Of a DNA stretch of 64,000 bases, positions 19,547 through 28,100 are shown one piece after another; positions within the stretch are counted from its first letter, which is position 1, and each line of letters begins with the position of its first letter. Location: NCBI GenBank assembly GCA_965211795.1, contig OZ242973.1, positions 2,234,088 to 2,298,087 on the forward strand, read 5' to 3'. The DNA comes from Longimicrobiales bacterium (GTDB lineage Bacteria > Gemmatimonadota > Gemmatimonadetes > Longimicrobiales > Gaopeijiaceae). The position numbers and the translations under genes were made by a program. A model generated the notes under the pieces. The model searched no databases and was not told the DNA's origin. It saw nothing but the letters and a program-made list of their open reading frames with translations.

Positions 19547-22500
19547 TCAATGCCCCGACCGCTTCACCACCTCCAGCCCCTGCAGCGCCTTCTCCTCCCT
19601 GGCGTAGTCCATGGGGGTATTGCCGAACTCGTCGACCGCAGCCGGATCGGCGCCCGCGTCGAGCAGGAGCAGGAACACCGCCGGATTCGCCTGCGCGGCC
19701 AGGTGCAGAGGTGTCTGCCTGTAGCGCGACCAGCAGCAACTGACGTAGGTCATCCCCCAGGCATTGACGTCCGCCCCGGCCTCGACCAGCAACCGGACAA
19801 CCTCCGGATTCCGGTTCCGAAGCGCGGCCTTGTGCAACGGGGTCCCGACGACATCCTCGCTGTGCGCGTGGACGTTCGCTCCGGCTTCGAGCAGCGCGGC
19901 CGTCACGGCCGGGTTTTGATTGCTGCCCGCCGCGGCGTGCAGGGGCGTTCCGTGCCAGCTGTAGTGGTAGCTGATGAAGTCGTCGGTCCACGCCTCGACA
20001 TCGGCGCCCGCGTCGACGAGCGCCGTGGTCACCGCGGCGTTCTCGTTCATCCTCGTGGCCCGGTGCAGCGGCGTGTAGTGATCCTCGTCGCGGGCGTTCA
20101 CGCCGGCCCCGGCCCGCACCAGGAGTCCGACGACCTCGTGGCCGGGCGCCCAGGCGGCCGCGAAGTGCAGGGGTGTGGAACCCGCCGCCAGGCTCCCGTC
20201 CTCTTCGGAGCGGGCATTGACGTTCGCGCCTTCCCCGATGCAGGCGGCCACGACCTCGGTTGAAGCGACGCGGAAGAAGGAAGCGGTGTTCCATCGCGCG
20301 CAGGCTGCGGGATCGGCCACGTTCCCGGAATCGTCCTGCGCGCCGGTGTCGGCCCCGAGTTCGATCAGCCTGGCCGCAACGCGCGGGTTGTCGGTCCGCA
20401 AGGCAATGTGCAACGCGGTGCGGCCCCCGTCATCGGTGGCGTCAGGGTCGGCCCCGGCTGCGGCCAACAGGGAGACGATGGCGGCCTTGTTGCGCCGTCC
20501 CAATCCCGCTGCAATGTGGAGGGGGGTTGAGCCCCGGTTGTCACGGGCGTTCGCGGCGGCGCCCGAGGCAAGGAGTGACGCAACCTCTTCGGTGGCGACA
20601 TCGGCAGAACGTTCCGCTGCGTAGTACAGCGGAGTCCTGCCCCTGCGATCTCGTGCGTTCAAATCCGCACCGGCCTCGACAAAGGCAGCGATGACCCGGG
20701 CGACGGGGTAGTCGTCCGGCTTGCCACGGGTGGCCCACCGGTGCAGCGGCGACTCGCCGTCCCGATTGCGGACGTGCACATCCGCCCCGGCGCGCAGACA
20801 ACCGATGATGCTCTCCCACGGGGCCGTCACGAAATCGAATCTCATCCAGTCGCAAATCATGGGGCGCGGGGCTCTGCCCAGGTCGTCGACCGCCAGGGGG
20901 TCGGCCCCCAGTGCCACAAGTCTGTCGACAACCGGCTCGTGACGGTTTCTCTTGGCTACGTGCAGCGGTGTCTCGCCGCGGTCGTTGCGGGCATCGATGT
21001 CAGCGCCGGCGGCGGCCAGGGCGATGACGATGAGAGTGTCGGGTTCGCGCGGATGGTCTCTTCGGCCAACCGACCTGGGCGGCCAGACCGCCGCCAGGTG
21101 CAGGGGCGTGTGCCCGTCCCATGTGCGGGCGTGTACGTCCGCGCCCGCCGCGATCAGCGCGGTGACGTTGGCGGGCATCTTCGCCTCGACCGCCCGGAGG
21201 AGCGGTGTCATGCCGCGGTTGTCGTGTGCGTCCACCACGGCCCCGCCCGCCACCAGAGTGGCTATCACTTCGGGTCCACCGCCGTAAGCCGCCGCGTGAA
21301 GAGGCGATTGGAGCAAGTAGCCGGAGGGGGCGTTCGCGTCGGCACCCGCAGCCAGCAGGACCGCGATGAGTTCGGCGTTGTCGCCCTGTCGAGCAGCCAC
21401 CTCCAGAATGTCAGGCGCATTGGCATCCGCACCGAGATCCAGGAGTCTTCGTACGACATCGCTGACCCTGTCGGCGGGGGACCTTACGGCGTACTCCAGG
21501 ACGGTTCCCCCCCTATCGTTACGATCGTTGACATTCGCGCCGGCCTCGACCAGGGCCTCGAGGACTTGCGGGTTTCGGAAGCCTCCGTATTCGGCCGCCA
21601 CCAGTAGCGGAGTTCTGTCTTCCCTGTCGCGGGCGTGGATGTCCGCCCCTGCCTCGAGCAGCAACCTCACCGACTCGAGGTCCTCCGCAGCGGCCACCTG
21701 GTGCAGGGCCGTCGTGTGGGAGCGCGCGTTCACGTCCGCCCCCGCGGCCAGCAGCGCAGCCACGATGCCAGGGTCCTCGGCGAGATCGAACATCCCGCCT
21801 CGCGTTATTTCCACGAGCGCCCCGGCCGCATTGATCAGGGCGGTGTTCCCCGGGTTGTCGCGAGCGTTCACATCCGCGCCGGCTTCCAGCAGGACATTCA
21901 CGACCGCGGGATCCTCGCTGGCCGGGGCTCCCGGGGTGCTCCCCCCCGGGGCCGAGGTGGCAAACAGGAGTGGAGTCACTCCGTTGTCGTCCCGCGCGTT
22001 GACGTCCGCCCCGGCTTCCAGGCAGGCGGTGGTGGCCCGGGCGGTTGCGACGCGGGCGAACGTCTCGGTGTTCCAGTAGCCGCAGTCCATGGGATCGGCG
22101 ACCTGGCCCTCGTCGTTGACCAGGGTGGGGTCGGCGCCCAGTTCCAGCAGCAGATGCGTCACGCGCGGATTCCCGAAAGGCCGGACAGCATGGAGGGGGG
22201 TGTTCCCTTCACCATCTTGCGCGTTCAGGTCCGCCCCCGCTCTTGCCAGCTCCGCAACAACGGCCGGGCTGGAGTTGATTCGCGCCGCCCTGTGCAGGGG
22301 CGTCGCGTTGCGCTGGTTCCGCGCGCCAACATCCGCTCCGGCCGCGAGAAGCACCGTGATCACCGCGAGGTCCCGCGAGGAGCCGGATGCGAAATGCAGG
22401 GGAGTGTTTCCGTCCTCGGCTCTCGCGTCGATATCCGCCCCGGCCTCGAGGCAGGCCGTCACGGTCTCGGCGGTGGCATCGACGAAGAACCTGCTGGTGT

Positions 22501-22588
22501 TCCAGTCGTCGCAGCCTTCCTGCGCGGACGCGGGGAGGGCGGAGAGGGCAAGTGTCAAGGTTGCTGCCAACCGGGCCATCATCTTCAT
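19547..22588 (-). CDS. Giant exported ankyrin-repeat protein, paralog D (1013 aa from M4)
   Basis: The track ORF starts at a TTG (22597). The conserved leader GGTTGGAGCGA-ATG points to MKMMARLAATLTLALSALPASA|QEGCDDW. ANK repeats throughout. Confidence 0.88.
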   Translation of the reverse strand: MKMMARLAATLTLALSALPASAQEGCDDWNTSRFFVDATAETVTACLEAGADIDARAEDGNTPLHFASGSSRDLAVITVLLAAGADVGARNQRNATPLHRAARINSSPAVVAELARAGADLNAQDGEGNTPLHAVRPFGNPRVTHLLLELGADPTLVNDEGQVADPMDCGYWNTETFARVATARATTACLEAGADVNARDDNGVTPLLFATSAPGGSTPGAPASEDPAVVNVLLEAGADVNARDNPGNTALINAAGALVEITRGGMFDLAEDPGIVAALLAAGADVNARSHTTALHQVAAAEDLESVRLLLEAGADIHARDREDRTPLLVAAEYGGFRNPQVLEALVEAGANVNDRNDRGGTVLEYAVRSPADRVSDVVRRLLDLGADANAPDILEVAARQGDNAELIAVLLAAGADANAPSGYLLQSPLHAAAYGGGPEVIATLVAGGAVVDAHDNRGMTPLLRAVEAKMPANVTALIAAGADVHARTWDGHTPLHLAAVWPPRSVGRRDHPREPDTLIVIALAAAGADIDARNDRGETPLHVAKRNRHEPVVDRLVALGADPLAVDDLGRAPRPMICDWMRFDFVTAPWESIIGCLRAGADVHVRNRDGESPLHRWATRGKPDDYPVARVIAAFVEAGADLNARDRRGRTPLYYAAERSADVATEEVASLLASGAAANARDNRGSTPLHIAAGLGRRNKAAIVSLLAAAGADPDATDDGGRTALHIALRTDNPRVAARLIELGADTGAQDDSGNVADPAACARWNTASFFRVASTEVVAACIGEGANVNARSEEDGSLAAGSTPLHFAAAWAPGHEVVGLLVRAGAGVNARDEDHYTPLHRATRMNENAAVTTALVDAGADVEAWTDDFISYHYSWHGTPLHAAAGSNQNPAVTAALLEAGANVHAHSEDVVGTPLHKAALRNRNPEVVRLLVEAGADVNAWGMTYVSCCWSRYRQTPLHLAAQANPAVFLLLLDAGADPAAVDEFGNTPMDYAREEKALQGLEVVKRSGH

Positions 22589-22650
22589 TCGCTCCAACCG
22601 ATTACCGAGGGACCTGACCGTGCCGTGTCCCGTCCGGCTTCAAACCAAAA

Positions 22651-23937
22651 CTACCCACCCCCCCGCCGCAACGGCCACACCGCCACCTGCACCTCCCCCA
22701 GCTCCCCCAACCTCCTCCCCAGCACGTAGTCGGCGCCGATCTCGTCGATAACCATTCCCTGGGGCATCTCCACGTAGCCCAGCACACGGCCCTCGGGATC
22801 GAACACCGTCCACAGACGGCGCGTGATCTCGTCCCCCGGCACGTCGTATTCCCTCACCCAGAGATGATCCAGCGCGTCCGACATGATCGTCGTGAAGGCG
22901 GGAAGGGTCTCGGGGTGCGGCATCTCGTCGAACTGGACGCCGCCTCCCAGCTCCTCGCGCCTGAGCTCGATGAGCGACTCGGTCACCGGAATCGGCGTGT
23001 GGTCGACCCGGACGATCTGGCGCAGTGTTCCATCGGCCGCGTATGCGCGGAGTTCGTACCTGTCGTTGCGGCTGACCACGGCCAGGTCGCGCCAGGCGGC
23101 CGCGTGGACCCTCCGCGAGAAGGCGATGTCCATCCACACCGGCATCCCCCGGTTCTGGAACTCGAAGAACTCGCGGCCGACAAGCGGGGCCAGCGACGCG
23201 ATCCTCACGCCATCGGCGTCCCGGATCTCGAAGACCTGCTCCTGTACGAGCAGACCGCTTCCATGCTCCTGGCGAAGCCAATGGTCGGCCATGAGCGAAC
23301 CGCCGCGAAGGACTGTGATGCTGCGCTCCGGCTGCCCCATCCCAAGCGCGACCACGCGGCCCAGGTTCCCCTCCGAGTCGAAGATCGACACGCCGCGGTG
23401 AGGATAGTGATCCCACGCCGCGATCGAATCGCCCCGCCAGCGCGCGACCGCGTGCAGCTCGTCGAACTCGCCCGGGGCCTCGCCGTAACCGCCCCAGCTT
23501 CGCAGATGCACGCCTTCCGCGTCGAAGACCCGCACCTGGCTGGAGATGCCCTCGGGGACGACAATGCTGCCGTCGGCGAGGGTGGCGGGCTTGCCGACGC
23601 GGTAGAGGAGGTAGGGGGCCTCGCCGTCGGCAGAGCCGATCGTGACGGTGGGGTCGGGGCCGATCTGCCAGCCGAGACGCGAGCCTTCGGGGGGACGGGG
23701 GTTTTCGGCGATGCGGATGTCGGCGCTGTCGCGCAGCAGGAGGGTGGAGAGGAGGGGGGATGTGTCTGGAGTGCAGGCCAGGCTCAGGAGGAGGAGAAGT
23801 CCGACGGTGGGAACGAAGATGGACTCGCGGGTCGCGGCGACGCCGGTCGGGACCGGGTCCGCCGCCTTGGGACGCTCGCGACCGCCGCTCCGAACGGGTT
23901 CCAAGGGCACCGATGGCGTGACCGAACTCGAACACAT
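22651..23937 (-). CDS. NHL/6-bladed beta-propeller-like lipoprotein, paralog 1 (start uncertain)
   Basis: ORF 22651..24036. Hydrophobic lipobox-like segment VGLLLLLSLAC|TPD. GxxPGEF-type blade motif (GYGEAPGEFDELHAV). C-terminus is homologous to gene 30611..32065 and to the remnant at 24009..24245. The upstream part of the track ORF overlaps element copy 4. Confidence 0.6.
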   Translation of the reverse strand: MCSSSVTPSVPLEPVRSGGRERPKAADPVPTGVAATRESIFVPTVGLLLLLSLACTPDTSPLLSTLLLRDSADIRIAENPRPPEGSRLGWQIGPDPTVTIGSADGEAPYLLYRVGKPATLADGSIVVPEGISSQVRVFDAEGVHLRSWGGYGEAPGEFDELHAVARWRGDSIAAWDHYPHRGVSIFDSEGNLGRVVALGMGQPERSITVLRGGSLMADHWLRQEHGSGLLVQEQVFEIRDADGVRIASLAPLVGREFFEFQNRGMPVWMDIAFSRRVHAAAWRDLAVVSRNDRYELRAYAADGTLRQIVRVDHTPIPVTESLIELRREELGGGVQFDEMPHPETLPAFTTIMSDALDHLWVREYDVPGDEITRRLWTVFDPEGRVLGYVEMPQGMVIDEIGADYVLGRRLGELGEVQVAVWPLRRGGG

Positions 23938-23976
23938 GTCAATCATGGTTTCCATTGTGACAACTGCCGTTGACAT
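23936..23976. promoter_or_regulatory. 41-bp quasi-palindromic AT-rich element, copy 4
   Basis: ATGTCAATCATGGTTTCCATTGTGACAACTGCCGTTGACAT, at the 5' end of propeller paralog 1. Confidence 0.55.
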
Positions 23977-24008
23977 TTCATCTCCGTTGCGCCTAACGGA
24001 CGAGAGAA

Positions 24009-24245
24009 TCAGCCTTGTCCCCGTCGAAGCGGCCACACCTGCACCTGTTGCACCCCCAGGTCCCGGATCGCCAGCCCAAGGACGTATTCCTCCCCTATCT
24101 CGAAGATACGCAGTCCCTGCGGCGTTTCAACGTGGCCCAATACACGCCCTTCGGGGTCGAACACCGTCCACAGGGGATGCGGCGTGTCCCGGCCCGGGAC
24201 CCGACCGCGCCATCGCGGTTCGGGGTTGCCGGACCCGCGTCCAAC
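24009..24245 (-). pseudogene. 3' remnant of a third beta-propeller lipoprotein paralog
   Basis: Hand translation: ...VPGRDTPHPLWTVFDPEGRVLGHVETPQGLRIFEIGEEYVLGLAIRDLGVQQVQVWPLRRGQG*. Compare the paralog 1 C-terminus DVPGDEITRRLWTVFDPEGRVLGYVEMPQGMVIDEIGADYVLGRRLGELGEVQVAVWPLRRGGG*. Begins 2 nt after the vapC stop and has no N-terminal part. Confidence 0.7.
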
Positions 24246-24247
24246 CG

Positions 24248-24637
24248 TCAGGGCAGATCCCGCAGCGGGATTCCGAGCGCGCGGGCGGCCCTCACCATTC
24301 GACGATCGTAGCTGGCGATTTCAAGGCGCTGGCCCCGGTCCCGGAGAAACTGGCATGACGCGAGGTGCAGCGCGTCGAGCGTGCGCACGGATACCGGAAA
24401 CGGATCGAGGGCGCGGGCCAATACGACGGGTGCCAGCTCGAGCAAAGAGATGCGGGCGATCACTGCCTGCGCGGCCTCCGCGCGCGACGCCGTCGCCTCT
24501 CGCGCGTGCATGCGCGTCCAGATCTCGTACTCCAGCAGACGGCTCGAAACGAGGGTTTCGGTCCACAACGAAGCCGGGGGTCGCCGGTCTTCCGCGAACA
24601 AGTGGGCCAGGGCGACCGAGGTGTCGACGTAGATCAC
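24248..24637 (-). CDS. vapC: PIN-domain toxin (VapC-type)
   Basis: 129 aa. MIYVDTSV (Asp5), EYEIW, TLDALHLAS acidic residues in the PIN pattern. ATGA overlap with the upstream antitoxin. Confidence 0.8.
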   Translation of the reverse strand: MIYVDTSVALAHLFAEDRRPPASLWTETLVSSRLLEYEIWTRMHAREATASRAEAAQAVIARISLLELAPVVLARALDPFPVSVRTLDALHLASCQFLRDRGQRLEIASYDRRMVRAARALGIPLRDLP

Positions 24638-24927
24638 CGGTCGCGTCGGTCGCCCTCCAGTTCACTGAGCAACACGGACAGCGCGGCCTCCGGAGGCCCG
24701 CCACGGGGGGGCTCGGATCCCGGAGAGAGCGCGGGCGTCAACCAACCCTTCCGCACCGCATCGGCAAGCATGGCGTCCGCCAGGATGGGACTCCTTGTCT
24801 CTCGCGGAGGGCCGATTTCGGCTACGACGCGGCCCCGGTCCGTGACGAGAACGGTCTCGCCACCGGCCGCCAGCCGCACGTATTCGCTGAGCCTGCTGTT
24901 CAATGCCTTGATTCCGACGGATCGCAT
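24634..24927 (-). CDS. vapB: Phd/YefM-type antitoxin partner of VapC
   Basis: ORF 24634..24963 trimmed to M13. MRSVGIKALNSRLSEYVRLAAGGETVLVTDRGRVVAEIGPP is a typical prevent-host-death N-terminus. Confidence 0.7.
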   Translation of the reverse strand: MRSVGIKALNSRLSEYVRLAAGGETVLVTDRGRVVAEIGPPRETRSPILADAMLADAVRKGWLTPALSPGSEPPRGGPPEAALSVLLSELEGDRRDR

Positions 24928-25110
24928 GGAGGTAACGTAGCTACTTGTAGCTCCCTCGGTCAATCCTTGGGACGCGCGACCCGTGCTTGGCTTCCTCTGC
25001 CCTGGCTCTTTCCGCCGTTCAGTAGCGCCATGAGTCGCACGAGGTTGCCGTCCCGCACGGGATCGCCTCCCACCCTTCCCCGGCTGACAACCGGCTCCAA
25101 GTGCGAGGAA

Positions 25111-25151
25111 ATGTCAACTTCTGTTTACATAATGACAACTCTGATTTACAA
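25111..25151. promoter_or_regulatory. 41-bp quasi-palindromic AT-rich element, copy 5
   Basis: ATGTCAACTTCTGTTTACATAATGACAACTCTGATTTACAA. Lies between the ANK-E stop (25184) and vapB (184 nt upstream of its start). Confidence 0.5.
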
Positions 25152-25183
25152 AGAGTGAACCGCTGCCGACCCATTTGCGCCTC

Positions 25184-28100
25184 CTACCCTGGCTCGTTCC
25201 CCATCTCCCGGACCAACTGCTTCACCACCTCCAGTCCCTGCAACCACGGATTCCGGACTGCGTAATCCATCGGTGTCCTACCCTCCCGGTCGAGTGCCGC
25301 CGGATCGGCACCCAACACCAGCAGCTTCGGGAACGCAACCGGATTGCGAAGGGCGGCGATATGAAGCGGCGTCCGTTCGTAACCGCCGCGCGCATTCACA
25401 TCCGCCCCGGCCCGGACGAGCAGTTCCAGCACGGCCGGGTCGGGGTTGGTGGATGCGGCCCAATACAGAGGGGCCGCATCGGGCTCGTACTCGTAATCCA
25501 GGTCGGCGCGGGCATGTACGTCGGCCCCGGCCGCCAAAAGCACCGCGACGGCCGCGGGGCCGTTCCAGACCACGGCCTCGTGCAGGGGACTCCGGTTGCC
25601 CGCGTACTCGGACACACCATCGTTCCCGCCCCAGGGATTCAGGGAGATCCGCCTGTGTATGAACAATCCCGGATCTTCGGCGTCGTTGCCCCCTCTGGCA
25701 TCCACATCCGCACCGTGCTCCAGCAAGGTGGTCAGCACTGCGGGATTCCGGTTGCCACTCGCGGCTTCATGCACTGCGGTCCGGCCGCCCGCGAGCCTGG
25801 AAGTCACGTCGGCCCCCCGTCCGAGCAGCTCGGCCACGATTGCCGGGTTCGGGTTGGTGGCGGCCTGGTGAAGGGGGGTTCGTCCCAGGGCCGCGACCGC
25901 GTTCACATCCGCGCCTGCATCGGCAAGGGCGGCGATGACGGCGGGATTCTCGTTGTCGGCGGCGGCGTAGTGCAACGGGGTGTGGTTGTTCCGGTCCCGC
26001 GCGGCGACATCCGCTCCGGCACCAATGAGTAGCGTGATCACGGCCGGGTCCGCGGTCCACGAGGATGCCAGGTGAAGAGGTGTGTGGCCACCTGCATACT
26101 CCCGGTGCCGTCTGGCGTCGGGGTCCCACAGGAAAAACCTCCGTTCGATTTCGGTAGCCACTTCGGCCCCGGCCTCGATACAGTCGGCCACGATGTCGGC
26201 GGTTGCGCGACGGAAGAACTCCCGCGTCGGCCACTCCTCACACCCCGGCGGATCGGCAACCGAGACCGAATCATCCGACGGAGCCGGATCGGCCCCGAGT
26301 TCCAGCAAGCGGGCGATGACCGCGGAATTCCCCCCACGGGCGGCCCTCTGGAGTGCGGTACCGCCCTCCCCGTCGCGCGCGTTCACGTCCGCGCCGGCAT
26401 CTACCAGCAACTCGACAAGGTCGGGGCTGCCCCACTGGTAGTAGCCCGGTGGAAAGGCACGTGCCTGTGCGGGTCCGGCAGCCAAATGCAACGGCGTCGC
26501 ACCGTGATCGTTCCTCGCGTTCGGGTCGGCCGCGGCCGCGATGAGCGTGCGGATCGCATCGGATGCGAAGGAATGGTTCCACTTGAGGAGCTTGATCACC
26601 GCATGGAGCGGCGTGTCGCCGTGCGGATCACGCGCGGTTACGTCCGCGGCCGCCCTCAGGCAGCTCTCGAGAGTGGCGACCGGGGCGACCGCGAACAGAT
26701 TGGACTCTGCCCAGTCACACACCAGGGGGACGACGGAGCCCTCTTCGAGAGCTGCCGGATCGGCCCCGAGTTCGAGCAGCTTAACGGCAAGCCGCCAGCG
26801 TGCCTGCCTTGTGGCCAGCTCCAGCGGGCTCGGGCCCGATTCACTGCGTGCGTCGACGTCCGCACCGGCACGAACCAGAGCGCCGAGCATGGCCGTGTCG
26901 CGGCGGACTGATTCTTCGCGCGGGACATGAATGTTCTTTCGCCTCGTCCGTTCACTCACGTACGGACGTATCCCCCAGTTGTCCACAGCGGGCAGTTCTT
27001 CCCGTAACGGCTCCTCCCATGAGATCACCAGGTGCAGGGGCGTCGCGCCGTCGGCGGTACGCGCGCCCGAATCCGCGCCACCTCGCAGGAGCGCGTCCAC
27101 CTGGTGGCGGTGGCGTCTCGCAATGGCCCTGTGCAGGGGTGTCTCTCCCGCTCCATTGCGCGCGTCGACTTCGGCCCCGGCCTCCAGCAATGCGGTTGTT
27201 CCGATGTTGTCGTCTCTCCCCCACCACACTGCGTGATGAAGGGGAGTGTCACCGCTCTCGTCCCGGGCGTTCACTTCCGCACCGGCAGCGATGAGCGCCA
27301 GGATCCGATCTGGAGTGCTCCCGGGGCGAAACGCAGCGGCGTGAAGCGGGCGCTCTCCGTGCCGACCCTCCGCATTCGGGTCCGCGCCCATTCCCAGCAG
27401 CCTGCGGACAAGTGCCTCGTCCCCCCGTCCGGCCGCCTCGTGAATCGGGGCTTCGCGGTCGTCGTCCGTCCCATTGACGTCCGCCCCGGCGTCGAGCAGC
27501 GCGGCGATGGTGAGGTCGTTCCCGGCAGTTCTGTCGAGCGCCCGAAGCAATGGGGTGTTGCCCCCGGAGTCACGTGCGTTCAGGTCCGCGCCTGCACCGA
27601 CAAGCAACGTGATGATATCGGGATACCTGTTCTCGGCGGCTCGATGCAGCGGGGTCACGCCCCAGTCGTTCCGTGCCCGTGGGTCCGCTCCCGCCTCCAG
27701 CAAGAGGGCCACCACGGACGGATCGCCGACCCATGCCGCGAAGTGCAGGGGCGTGTCACCACCGGTGCCAGGTGAATTGATCTCCACCCCGGCTACCAGG
27801 CATTCGGCAACGGCATCCGGAGTGGCCGCCCGCATGAAGACACGGGTGTTCCACTGCGCGCACTCGTCGGCCGGATCGGCGGGATAAGCGATCTCGCCGC
27901 GGTGGTTTCGTGCCGTGGGGTCGGCACCCAACTCCAACAGCTTCTGGACGATGGCCTCCCCTGCCGGTGACAACCGCCGTCTTGAGGACCATGCCGCGTG
28001 CAACGGCGTGTTGCCGATCGCATCGGGCGAGTCGACATCCGCCCCAGCCACCACCAGCGCGGCGACGGTCTCGGCGCGGCCACGCTCGGCAGCCTCGTGC

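Noticed and set aside
24965-25080. Weak ANK-like peptide (GDPVRDGNLVRLMALLNGGKS) on the minus strand between element copy 5 and vapB.
   Set aside because: It covers only one helix-pair-like stretch, with no TPLH motif. Too weak to call a remnant, although it would fit the model that copy 5 once preceded an ANK gene.
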